Counted from the first letter of the stretch, positions 36,339-48,477 are shown. The stretch is DNA of 64,000 bases from Octopus bimaculoides (GCF_001194135.2 NC_068989.1:24665530-24729529), one strand, 5' to 3'. Numbers and translations: made by a program. Notes: generated by a model not told the origin, from the sequence alone.

Positions 36339-38843
36339 ATACACACACATATATGTATATCAATATAAATACATAAAAGTACATGATGTTTGATATAAAA
36401 AGGTGATCATGTACATACCTCCTAGCTGTTGTGATTATAACACCTCGTTGTAAACAATGTTCCTTGTTTTTCCTCGTGGAGCATATGCAAAGAGGCTTCT
36501 TTTGCTTTCCACGATGCAACATCAGCAGTTCGTCGAACTTTACGCTGTTGTTCAGTCTCTGCAGCTCGTGCAGCAGCAGTTGAGGCAGATCAGCAGTTCG
36601 TCGAACTGTACGCTGGTCATTTGTTTGGAGTGCTCTTCAAGTGGCTGTACGTTCAGCATTTTGTGATCGTCTAATGTCAGTTTCCACTGACGATTCATTT
36701 GCCCTCCTTGCTGATGATCTTGCAGCTTTCGCAGTTTTTCGTCCAATTGAATAACTCATTCTTCGGGATATGATCTAAAATAAGCATGATGAAATGCAGT
36801 GAGATACACTGTTAAGTATTAAATATTAATTGAAGGGTTAGTATGTAACTGTAGATAAGTTGCAAACTTGCAGCTGCTGTGGTAATAATGAACTGGTAGT
36901 AGAAATGTAAATGTATAAAATAAGATGATGTTAGTATTATGACATTAAAATGAAAATTGAAACAGTTGTAAAAGACAAGGCGAGAGAAATGGTAAGAGTA
37001 ACGGAGAAAGTGGTTATGAATTGCGTTGGGAATGTTGTCGTTTGAATGGACATGAATTTTGGGTGCTACCACTGAACAGGCATTTGCGAAATGCTGTTAC
37101 GGGGTAGCAGCGCGTGCTAGAAATAGCAGTCAAAATGTTTAATATTTCCTTAGTGGAATGAGTGTAAGAATGGTTGTAGGTAAGTTAGTAGGTCTGCAGG
37201 CCTGCATTAGTGAAGAAACAAAAGAATATCGGTAAATTTTAATGCGTGCACCGGAATGCGTTTTCAGTAAGGAAAATTGGAAAAACTGGGACTATTTTCG
37301 CTCGGTATCAAGTATCCTGTTCCCCTGTTCTTAATGAAAGAAATTGTAAAGAATTGAAATTGACTTCAGCAATGTAAAAATTTGCTCGGCGCCCGCATTA
37401 GAGAAGAAGTAAGAAATTATTCTGAAAGAAGTGAAAATGTAAAAATTCGGGTTAGGGACAGGGAATTGAAAATGAAAGATATTTTTGCATAATTGGAATG
37501 TCTGTGATGGAAAGCATCAGAATCCGCTGGAAAAGAAAGAAAGAAAAATGTTGGGAGTTGATATGCAGGTGTACTTGCAAACATTAACCGATTTGGTTGG
37601 TATTTGTAGCACGTCGTGCTATCACTGAACAGGTATTTGCGAAAAGCAGTTACGTAGTAGCAGCGCGTGTTAGAAATAGCAGTGAAATCTTTCATATTGA
37701 TGCAATTTACAAATGAAAAAGGTTACGTACCGAATTCAGCAAAATGAATGAATGTGCTTCAGTTGATCAGTTGATCGGTATTGTTTTGATAGAGCAATGT
37801 TGTGAAAGACAAGACGAGAGAAATGGTAAGAGGAAAGGAGACAGTGATTATGAATTGCGTTCCGAATGTTGTTTGCCTGGACATGAATTTTGTCGTATTT
37901 ATAAGAAAGCAGCCAGCTAGAAGGATGAAGATATCAGTGGTGTGGGGTCGCTTGAACTCTCCGTACGCTAGGAAGGTTAGAGGTGATGACAATATATTTC
38001 ACTCGATAAGGTAGCGTCTGGTTAATGTCTGTTACCATCTTCCATTGTTCCGTCGTGAGAAGTAAGTTTTATTTGCCTGTCGTGGGAATGAAATGAGAAT
38101 GAGATGTAAGGGGACAATGTTTTTGAGATTGTGGTTCAGTGGTGCTATGGTGGTGTGGGATCGTTTGAACTCTCTGTACGCTAGGAAGGTTAGAACTGAA
38201 GTGGATGACAACATATTTCACTCGATAAGGTAGCGTTTGGTTAATGTCTGTTACCATCTTCCATTGTCCCGTCGTGAGTAGTAGCTTTATTTGCCCGTCG
38301 TGGTAATGAAATGAGAAGGAGATGTAAGGGGACAATGTTTTTGAGATTCTGGTTCGAATGTAAGGCAGGTCTGAAAGGGTTCCCAACAGTTATTAGTAGC
38401 AGTGATAGAGTGTTTATGACGAATATGTATGTATGCATGTATGAGTGAGGTAATAGTTTCACTTTAATACTGAAAGCGTTAAACTGAAAGTATCTCACAT
38501 TGCAATAGAGAGATGATGTGTTTATGACGAATATGTATGTATGCATGTGTATATGTGAGGTAATAGTTTCACTTTAATAGTGAAAGTATTAAACTGAAAG
38601 TATCTCACATTGCAATAGAGACATGTTACCGTTACACTTTTGACACGTAATACTGAAATAGTGTAAGAGATAAGAGATTGCTCTGGGCTCGCATTAGGCA
38701 AGGAAATGAATTTTTGTTTTGGCCTATGACACTGCATGGACCGTAAGTAAGGCTTGTGTAAAATTTGAATGAAATCGGTTGTGTAGTTCTTGAGTTTTAG
38801 GGATTCACACAGACAAAGACATTCTAATTTTTATTTATATAGA
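36035..38843 (-). mobile_element. Non-autonomous Helitron (about 2.8 kb) with RepHel N-terminal-like fragment and internal duplications
   Basis: 5' end a|TCTATATAAATAAAA at 38843. 3' hairpin cctgagcaacgccggg followed by tatttctg-CTAG|t at 36035. Peptide [47 protein letters not shown] at about 36450-36760. Confidence 0.85.
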
Positions 38844-38956
38844 TACGATAACACAGACGTAAAAGAATTTATTATATACTAAAATAAATTATTTTTCTAT
38901 GATGACGGCTGCGAAACGATCGTAATTATATGGATAATAATCTCCTCTCTTTCTTC

Positions 38957-38988
<32 letters not shown>

Positions 38989-39247
38989 GTGGAGAGTGGA
39001 GAAACAAACACAAGAAGAAGCAAGTCAATTGGGCTAGTTAGCCATTGATTTAATTATGTGGAGATTATATAATGAGTCATTTCTTGTGTTTGTTTCTCCA
39101 TTCTCCACTTAATTATAATTATAAACTGCGGTTTAAACGATAAATTACCCGCCTCTGGATACCTTCTAACAAAGACGGTACCCATACAAGTAATCTCCAG
39201 GTTGCTTAGATACTTCAGACTACCCCTGAAATATTGAAGCAATCCTA

Positions 39248-39347
<100 letters not shown>

Positions 39348-39715
39348 GTAAATGCGTTCCTAGATATAATTGTACTTCGCATTTGAAGCTCCCATGAACT
39401 ATAGGGCGATTCACATGCATGTAACTATGACTGCATTGCATCTTAGAGCAGAAATAGCTGTAAGCTAATGAAGTTCATGACATATTTTCTTCCTTTTTTT
39501 CATTTAATTTCATACTACGGCTCTGTACTCGACTGATCTTTTGTCCAGAAGCATATGTATTTTGGGTTCTAACACCAAGTTATCAGTATTGCTATTTCTA
39601 AGACAAAAAATTCATGCATCTATGTATGTATGTATGTATGTATGTATGTATGTATGTATGTATGTATGTATCTATCTNNNNNNNNNNTATGTATGTATGT
39701 ATGTATGTATGTATG

Positions 39716-39752
<37 letters not shown>

Positions 39753-39812
39753 GTCTGTCTGTCTGTCTGCCTGCCTGCCTGCCTGTCAGCCTGTATGTCT
39801 GTCTGCCTGCCT

Positions 39813-39851
<39 letters not shown>

Positions 39852-39920
39852 GCATGTGTTGTTTCGCTTAGGAATAGCGATACTGATAACCTGGTGTTAG
39901 AACTATGTTACTTCTGTTAA

Positions 39921-39937
<17 letters not shown>

Positions 39938-39951
<14 letters not shown>

Positions 39952-40256
39952 ATAATAATCAGGTACTCAGATGTCTGGATGGTTGTATATTTACAGATTT
40001 TTATTCATATGTCACATGTTTTATAAATTAGCGCTTTCACCTAGTCTTGTAGGTTTATCAAATTTTGAGAGGAATTAGTCTTGTAAGTTTATAAAAAATT
40101 TGATAAACTTACAAGACTAATTCCTCTCAAAATTTGATAAACCTACAAGACTAGGTGAAAGCGCTAATTTATAAAGCATGTGACATATGAATAAAAATCT
40201 CTAAATATACAACCATTCAGACATCTGAGTACCTGATTATTATTTTTTCTAATATA
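39938..40256. repeat. Near-perfect palindrome (about 155-bp arms, essentially no spacer)
   Basis: atattagaaaaataataatcaggtactcagatgtc...cttgtaagtttat|aaaaaatttg|ataaacttacaag...gacatctgagtacctgattattattttttctaatat. About 3 substitutions and 1 indel between arms. Confidence 0.92.
40130..40170 (+). ncRNA. Minimal type I hammerhead motif with U3-A8 core (mirror copy at 40025-40065, minus strand)
   Basis: AAAT-TTGATAA-ACCTA(caagac)TAGGT-GAAA-GCGC-TA-ATTT. Confidence 0.7.
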
Positions 40257-40455
40257 TAATNNNNNNNNNNNNNNNNNNNNNNNNNNNNNNNNNNNNNNNN
40301 NNNNNNNNNNNNNNNNNNNNNNNNNNNNNNNNNNNNNNNNNNNNNNNNNNNNNNNNNNNNNNNNNNNNNNNNNNNNNNNNNNNNNNNNNNNNNNNNNNNN
40401 NNNNNNNNNNNNNNNNNNNNNNNNNNNNNNNNNNNNNNGTGTGTGTGTTTGTGTG

Positions 40456-40490
<35 letters not shown>

Positions 40491-40519
40491 GTGTATTGGC
40501 TTTTGTGCTTTCAGTTTTG

Positions 40520-41700
40520 AACCAAAATCTTTTGGAACTGTGGAACTTGCATCTTCCTCTTCAAGGGCTCACCATACAAATTTAAGTCAGGTCAAACGTT
40601 TACCATAAAAGAATCACTTCACCAGTGGTTCGAAGAACTTAATCTATGTTCTCAAATGTGGAGGGTGTGGTGGAGACTACATAGGTCAAACTAGTTTAAC
40701 CTTGAGGGACAGACGAACGCAACAGATTCGGGACCCCACGACCAGGAAAATTCCCGTAAGCAAACACCTGGACCAATGCCCCGTAAACATAAACCCGAAA
40801 TACCAAATCTTCCCTCTCTATTAATGTACCGAAACACTTCAACCCAATTCCGTTTGAATAAGGAAAGCATACTGATTAAAAAATATAAACCACAGCTGAA
40901 TATCCTTTAGAAAGAAGAAAAAAGACTAAAGGAAAAAAGGGAAAAAACCCAATTTCTTAAGCAAAAAACAATAAGGTACAACTGACATTTAAAAAAAAAC
41001 TTTAGTAACAGTCTTCCACTTGGGTTTTGAAACCGCAACTCAAAATTACCATACAATAACACCATACAAACACTAGTTGCCGACGTTATCTAACTCTAGG
41101 CCAATGGAATTTTACAAACACTAGTTGCTGACGTCACCTAACTCTAGCAAATACAACACGATGACTCTTTAAGAGAATCAACCAACTGGAACGGCTGATG
41201 ACTGTTCCCCACAAAAAAGTCAGCCATGCCGAATGACAAACTTGACCATCAGAAAAATAAGACGTTACCAGTACTTTAACGGATCAAAAATCAGATCCGT
41301 TCGCGGAAAAAATTATAAATACACCAGATTCCAAAAAACACCGTTACAAGCAAAAGTTCCTACACACGACGGAAAGAGAATCACAGAAACTGTAAACCAA
41401 ATCCCTTTTTTTACTATTTCCATTTTTCTCTTGTTTTTCTCCCTTTTAACTCAGTATGACAGAAACTTTGATGATATTCATTTCTTTTCGACCACTACTA
41501 ACACTATTGAATTCTGTACATTTAAACTAGTTTTAAACAGTTTTTATATTATCGACTGTTATGAACATTTAAACTTGTCAACATTGAAATTTTTAAACAT
41601 GTTTTTCTAATTCATAATTTTTAATTTTTACCATTGATAAACAGAAAATATTGTTGAAAATAGTTTGGTATATAAGTAACTGAATTTATTGTAAAACAAG
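40520..41700 (+). mobile_element. Penelope-like element 3' fragment (GIY-YIG to stop at 40910, then 3' UTR/terminal repeat)
   Basis: CGTC..KNLIYVLKCGGCGGDYIGQTSLTLRDR..QIRDP..IPVSKHLDQC..LNKESILIKKYKPQLNIL*. Degenerate hammerhead at 41629-41670. Confidence 0.85.
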
Positions 41701-41811
41701 TTTTAATTGTAAAACAAGTTTTTCAGATTTAGGTGCATTTTCAACAACAAATTTCCCTATATTTCTTTCTGTGTGGAAATACACCCCTTCTTTTGTTATA
41801 TATGTGTGTAT

Positions 41812-42228
41812 AGGCACAGAAGTGGCTGTGTGGTAAGTAGCTTGCTTACCGACCACATGGTTGCGGGTTCAGTCCCACTGCGTGGCACCGCGGGCAAGTG
41901 TCTTCTACTATAGCATCGGGCGGACCAAAGCATTGTGAGTGGAAACTGAAGAAGCCCGTCGTATATGTGTGTGTGTGTGTGTGCGTGCGTGTGCGTGTGC
42001 GTGTGTATGTTTGTGTGTCTGTGTTTGTCCCCTCAACATAGCTTGACAACCGATGGTAGTCCACGTAACTTAGTTACGTCCTCGTAACTTAGCGGTTCGG
42101 CAAAAGATAACGATAGAATAAGTAGTAGGCTTACAAAGAATGAGTCCTGGTGCTGATTTACTCGACTAAAGGCGGTGCTCCAACGTGACCGCAGTCAAAT
42201 GATTGAAATAATTAAAAGAATAAAAGAA
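41812..42228 (+). mobile_element. SINE family B, full length and ungapped
   Basis: gtggctgtgtggtaagtagcttgc..gggttcagtcccactgcg..gaagcccgtcg-(TG)n-..cgactaaaggcggtgctcc..aaaagaataaaaga. Confidence 0.92.
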
Positions 42229-42281
42229 TTTATGTATATATACATATATACACTTGGAAATAGATGCATGGTGTTCAATTA

Positions 42282-42339
<58 letters not shown>

Positions 42340-42348
<9 letters not shown>

Positions 42349-43440
42349 GTTTAATATTTTTTTATATAAATATATACATATTATATGGGTGTTGTAAAAT
42401 CCAACCGGTTTTCGCTATTTAAATTAGCTTTTCAAGGGGCATTATATAGTGATTAATTCGCATGATGAAGGAGTTTCGTCATCTTGGCTGTTTGAAAAAT
42501 AACAAATGGTTTAGAGAGTGAACCAAGGAAGGTAATGGTTGTCAAGGGGGATAACTGATTCCTTAGGATAGTTTTTAAGGTTGTCAGAGTTGAATATCGA
42601 GGTGTGGTTTATATTTTTGAATGAATAAGTTCTCTTTATTTAGTCGTTCTTGCACTGAAATTGAATCTTTGCACTGGTATAGGGGGAAGAGAGGTAAATT
42701 CGGCGTTTTATCACCTGCGCATCTGTCAATATGTCCGCTCTGTGCAATTTGCCTGTACTGGGGGAAGTGAATCTGTTCCTTATGCGTCTCAAAGAAGGTC
42801 CGTATGGCCTAAATAGTTATGGCCACAACCTGAGCAAGTTAAGACATAGATAAGGTTGTGGGAGGCACATGTGAAGTTAGTTTTGATTGAGAATTTTTGT
42901 CCTTGCTGGAATGTGAATTCTGAGCCTTCACTTAGGTGTGGGCATGTACCACAGTTGGGTCGTCTGCATTTTTTAACTGTTGGTATCGTTTGTATTGAGT
43001 ATAGTTTTGCATTTGTTAGGAGTCTCTTGAGTGATTTGTCTTGTCTTTTACATTTTAGTAATTTGTGTTTATTTAGGGTGCTGTTCGTTTTCGGGTCTTG
43101 AGTGAGTATACGAAGGTTTTGTATAATTGTGTTGTATGCTTCGTTGTTTCTAGGGTTGTGGATTGATATGTATGGGAGTGATTTGAGGTGAGGTGTGGTG
43201 TTTTGTTTTGTTGTTCTTAGTGTGTTTGTGTCCAATTTCGTGGCACGTTCAATTCCATGTTCTATAAGTGTAGCTGGGTATTGACGTTCGATGACTGCTA
43301 TTTTGAGTTCTTGCAATCGAAGTACAATCATACAAATCCGTTTTGCTAGATTGAATGGGATATTTATTTTGGTGTGTGTAGGATGGCATGAACTGAAAAG
43401 GAGATACTGCTTAGAGTGTGTTCGCTTGTAGTAAATGTCA
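42340..43440 (-). mobile_element. Penelope-like element 3' fragment (RT thumb, Zn-knuckle linker, GIY-YIG to stop at about 42584)
   Basis: YYKRTHSKQYLLFSSCHPTHTKINIPFNLAKRI..KCRRPNCGTCPHL..HNLIYVLTCSGCGHNYLG..KENLFIQKYKPHLDIQL*. Hammerhead-like motif at 42401-42440. Confidence 0.9.
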
Positions 43441-44439
43441 GTTGCGATTATTATCTATATGTATGTATATATATATATATATCTATATCTATATATANNN
43501 NNNNNNNNNNNNNNNNNNNNNNNNNNNNNNNNNNNNNNNNNNNNNNNNNNNNNNNNNNNNNNNNNNNNNNNNNNNNNNNNNNNNNNNNNNNNNNNNNNNN
43601 NNNNNNNNNNNNNNNNNNNNNNNNNNNNNNNNNNNNNNNNNNNNNNNNNNNNNNNNNNNNNNNNNNNNNNNNNNNNNNNNNNNNNNNNNNNNNNNNNNNN
43701 NNNNNNNNNNNNNNNNNNNNNNNNNNNNNNNNNNNNNNNNNNNNNNNNNNNNNNNNNNNNNNNNNNNNNNNNNNNNNNNNNNNNNNNNNNNNNNNNNNNN
43801 NNNNNNNNNNNNNNNNNNNNNNNNNNNNNNNNNNNNNNNNNNNNNNNNNNNNNNNNNNNNNNNNNNNNNNNNNNNNNNNNNNNNNNNNNNNNNNNNNNNN
43901 NNNNNNNNNNNNNNNNNNNNNNNNNNNNNNNNNNNNNNNNNNNNNNNNNNNNNNNNNNNNNNNNNNNNNNNNNNNNNNNNNNNNNNNNNNNNNNNNNNNN
44001 NNNNNNNNNNNNNNNNNNNNNNNNNNNNNNNNNNNNNNNNNNNNNNNNNNNNNNNNNNNNNNNNNNNNNNNNNNNNNNNNNNNNNNNNNNNNNNNNNNNN
44101 NNNNNNNNNNNNNNNNNNNNNNNNNNNNNNNNNNNNNNNNNNNNNNNNNNNNNNNNNNNNNNNNNNNNNNNNNNNNNNNNNNNNNNNNNNNNNNNNNNNN
44201 NNNNNNNNNNNNNNNNNNNNNNNNNNNNNNNNNNNNNNNNNNNNNNNNNNNNNNNNNNNNNNNNNNNNNNNNNNNNNNNNNNNNNNNNNNNNNNNNNNNN
44301 NNNNNNNNNNNNNNNNNNNNNNNNNNNNNNNNNNNNNNNNNNNNNNNNNNNNNNNNNNNNNNNNNNNNNNNNNNNNNNNNNNNNNNNNNNNNNNNNNNNN
44401 NNNNNNNNNNNNNNNNNACATATATACATATGCCTATAT

Positions 44440-44590
44440 ACGACGGGCTTCTTTCAGTTTCCGTCTACCAAATCCACTCACAAGGCTTTGGTCGCCCCCG
44501 AGGCTATAGTAAATGCCACGCAGTGGGACTGAACCCGGAACCATGTGGTTGGTAAGCAAGCTACTTACCACACAGCCACTCCTGTGCCTA
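44440..44590 (-). mobile_element. SINE family B, 5' half
   Basis: cgacgggcttctttcagtttccgtctacc..gggactgaacccggaaccatgtgg..ccacacagccac; adjoins an N gap. Confidence 0.9.
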
Positions 44591-44889
44591 TATATATATA
44601 CTATAGGATCATGTATTTGTATATGTATGTATACACATATATATGTGTGTGTGCTTGTGTATGTGTTTTTTTAAACTTTTTTATCAGCATCAACTTGTTG
44701 TTGTTGTTGTTGTTGTTGTTGTTCTTCTTCTTCTTCTTCTTCTTCTTCTTCTTCTTCTTCTTCTTCTTCTTCTTCTTCTTCTTCTTTTTCTTCTTCTATA
44801 ATCCACTCCTTGCCCATGTTAATTTCTTTGTATTTCTGTTTAGTTTTGTTTCTGCTTGTTCTCACAAAATGTCTCTTTTATTTCATCAG

Positions 44890-45117
44890 CCTTCTGTACT
44901 GTTTCGGATCTCGGCACGGATCAAAATACATTGATCATTGGACAGCCAGGAAACGGCAGCGCTGTTATGTTTTCTCCTGCGAGGATGCTTTTTCTCGAAG
45001 ATCGTGGCGTTTATATGGGAACAGTAACAATACGTGGTATTCCATGCTTCCATTGGAAGTCATGTCAGGAATGGAAAATGCTTAGTGCCAAGATGAATGT
45101 TAACTGGTATTTTGCAG
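44890..45117 (+). CDS. Coding exon 3
   Basis: Acceptor cttttatttcatcag, donor G|gtaaat; 228 nt, phase 1-1: (S)FCTVSDLGTDQNTLIIGQPGNGSAVMFSPARMLFLEDRGVYMGTVTIRGIPCFHWKSCQEWKMLSAKMNVNWYFA. Confidence 0.92.
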
Positions 45118-45695
45118 GTAAATAATTAAATATGAATTGAAAACTTAACAAAATATCATCATCATCATCATCGTCGTCGTCGTCGTCGTGGTGGTGGTGG
45201 TGGTTGTCATCATCATCATCATCTTCACTTTTATCGTTTCACTGATTCCATAGTTGGACGAGTCTTCTCCCACACGCCATTCCCACCGCCATTCCTTTAT
45301 TATCTCCTTTTATGACGTCCAGTTTTGCATGATATTTAAAAAAAAATTATATTCGTTTCCAGTTGTTTTTATTGTTATTGATATTAATTTTCCAGTAAAC
45401 CGAGTATCAAAGTCATTCCGACCACGAGCATCCTGTCTTTCGTGGGATACTTAAGATTATAGTATACAATGTGACCTTTAATTTTCAAGACAGTAATGTG
45501 AGATTTACGTTTGGTTGATATATGTTGTATGTTAAAGAACTACTTCAAGATTTCATTGGCTCCTCTAGTCAGTATAATATCAATCATTCATTTTGATGTC
45601 TGCCTTGAGGTCTTTATGCCCCAGATTGGTTTAAGGTACTTTTCAATTTATGCCTGCATTGCTCGCTCAAGTCGCCTCATTTTGAGTGCAGTACA

Positions 45696-45737
<42 letters not shown>

Positions 45738-46224
45738 ACCAACACCACCACCACCACCACCACCACCACCACNNNNNNNNNNNNNNNNNNNNNNNNNNNN
45801 NNNNNNNNNNNNNNNNNNNNNNNNNNNNNNNNNNNNNNNNNNNNNNNNNNNNNNNNNNNNNNNNNNNNNNNNNNNNNNNNNNNNNNNNNNNNNNNNNNNN
45901 NNNNNNNNNNNNNNNNNNNNNNNNNNNNNNNNNNNNNNNNNNNNNNNNNNNNNNNNNNNNNNNNAAAAAAAAAAAAAAAAAAAAAACCGCCTCTAGTTTT
46001 CTACAAATATTTGCGAAGCCGTTTCCGCTTTGCTTGCAGGCAGCACTGTTTATTGTTTTTAATGTTTTAAAATGGAAGTGGCGGCGTCGGTTTCAATATT
46101 CTCTCTCATTTGCTTATCATTGTTGTCTTTGCTCGTATTTGTAGCACTGTGAGGTGTGGTGATAATGTTGCTTTCACACTTGTGTTTTTCCGAATATGTT
46201 TTCTTGTTGTTATCACTCATTTCC

Positions 46225-47360
46225 TGCATTTAAAGACAAAAACTATCTTCATCGACCCGTTGGTCGTTCTTGATGTGACACTAAGCAGAGGTCTTCAGGC
46301 TAGTAGCTGTCTATGCTCCCTCGGGAACTGGACAGTCTGATTTTTTTCTTGGGACGTCTCACACCATAATAATGTTAGCTGACTTTAACGTGATCTGCGA
46401 TGCACGCGTAGATTACGTTAGATCGTCTACTGATAGGAGGGGAAACCCGTGCTTCAATAATCTGCTCAGTCTATTTCAGCTAGTAGATAGGTACAGGCTA
46501 GATGTCCACATGCTCCATTGTGGACATGGACTAATAGTGATGGGTCATCTAGATCTTACTTAGACAGGATTCTAATTAGGGAAATAGACAAAAACCTAGT
46601 TAGTCGTCCACAATTTCACTATGTCAGCTACAGTGATCACAAATTTGTGACCTGTTGGCTGGACTTAGATACGTTACGTAGACAGGTATCCGGCTACTGA
46701 AACTCAATAAGTCTCATTTGGCTTATGAGGAGTACAGGAATTGGATTAGGCAGTTAGTGATGAGGGCATTGTGTGGTGCCATTATTAATAACAAATGGTG
46801 GTATGCCCTCAAAAGAGCCATAAGAATTGAGTCTATTAGGTAAATGAAAGAATTAGTAGCTAAGAAAAATAGAGTAGAGAGGGCTTTAGTTAGGGCTATA
46901 GACGAAGCACTGGAATCTGTCTTCGCGCCCCGAGTTTTAGCTGCGAGAATAGCGCTTAACCATCACCTCGAGGCCCAAAACGAAAAATGCGTAGTCAGAG
47001 CGAAGCAACGTGCAATGGGCCGGGAAGGAATCAAAGCTGCGGGATGGGCCCGTGTGATAGAGACCCGACGTGACAATAATTGCATTATAAAGTCTTTGAT
47101 GAATAATCAAGAGAACTTGGTAAACGAATCAGAGGAGATGTCTAAGGTCTTTCAATAGCTTTTCGCCTTGCTTTTCGGGAGGGGCGGCGGGCCGGAATGG
47201 AGAAGGGATATCACGTACTTCCTCGCGGAGTGCTGTGAAGGGCTAATCACAGCTGCGGGGGTACAGGAGGTTTTGTTGGACTGTGGCGGGGACAAGTCTC
47301 TGAGATGTGTGCAGGGCGATGAGACCGTCCCGCATGCACTTGTTCAGTGTCCAGGCATTC
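46225..47360 (+). mobile_element. Tx1/L1-clade LINE ORF2 remnant (APE endonuclease, linker, C-terminal Zn knuckle; RT deleted)
   Basis: RLVAVYAP, LADFNV, WTWTNSDGSSRSYLDRILI, YSDHKFV, SGY*KLN, then DKS joined directly to LRCVQGDETVPHALVQC. Confidence 0.85.
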
Positions 47361-47505
47361 ACGTTGGTCTGCAATTATTTCGACATCTGACGTGCGGCAC
47401 ACTTGGGCACCTGTATAGGCAACATCGATTTGATAAAGGAAGTGAGCTGATGCACAGCACATACACAGGATCACTATAAAAAAATCGTTTGTGCTGGTCG
47501 TTCTG

Positions 47506-47970
47506 ATAAAAAGATGGGCTACAGCATATATTCTGCTCAATACCACAGATTTGCCTGTCAGTTGTTTGACCTTAACCAGTTGAGCATGTTCCTTAGTGGC
47601 TGACGATATGTGCATCTCTGATCACGAGCAGAAGTAATGGGGGACCATCATAGCCATGTGCTGAAAGGAATTCTTTGGGGTTTGGATAATTCACCTCTGG
47701 AAACATGGGTGTTTTGTTCATCATCCTTAAACAACTTTTATTCAGGGCCCTTTTGAGTGGGATGGGTTACTCGGCTTGAAAAAATTCTAACTGGGCCCCA
47801 CCTTCAAGGTCATGCGCTGTTTAACTTGATATGAGATCACCGTGTAGCACACATATGCTCGAGGTGCTTGTACCTGGTGTACCCCTATCAGACGGGTAGT
47901 CATGATGGATATATTAGGCTTGGTATATTTGTACCCCAGTGTCACTTTTTTGGCATACGCTGCTTCCTCA

Positions 47971-47973
<3 letters not shown>
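47506..47973 (+). mobile_element. Family E element, fourth copy, 5'-truncated, (AAT)n tail
   Basis: Colinear with 28723-29183. Confidence 0.9.
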
Positions 47974-48018
<45 letters not shown>

Positions 48019-48021
48019 TAC

Positions 48022-48465
48022 TAAGGTAGCAAGCAGGCAGAATCGTTAGCACGCCGTGTGAAATGCTTAGCAGTAATTCGTCTGTCGCTACGTTCTGAGT
48101 TCAAATTCCGCAGGGGTCGACTTTGTCTTTTACCCTTTCGGGGTCAATTAAATAAATATCAGTCACGCACTGAGGTCGATGTAATCGACTTACACCCTCT
48201 ATGCAAATTTCAGGCCTTGTGCCTGTAATAGAAAGGATTATTATCATTATTATTAAGGCGGTGAGCTGGCAGAATCGTTAGCAAGCCGAGCGAAATGCTT
48301 AGCGATATTTCGTCTACCGCTACGTTCTGAGTTCAAATTCCGCCAGGGTCGACGTTGCCTTTCACCCTTTCGGGGTCGTTAAGATAAGTACTAGTTACGC
48401 GATGCGTCGATGTAATCGACTGGTCCCCCCAAATTTCAGGCCTTGTGCCTTCAGTAAAAAGGATT
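48022..48465 (+). mobile_element. Tandem dimer of SINE family A separated by (ATT)n
   Basis: Two copies (about 48022-48238 and 48255-48465) with ggcagaatcgttagc, gagttcaaattccg and ccctttcggggtc. Confidence 0.9.
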
Positions 48466-48477
48466 ATTATTATTATA

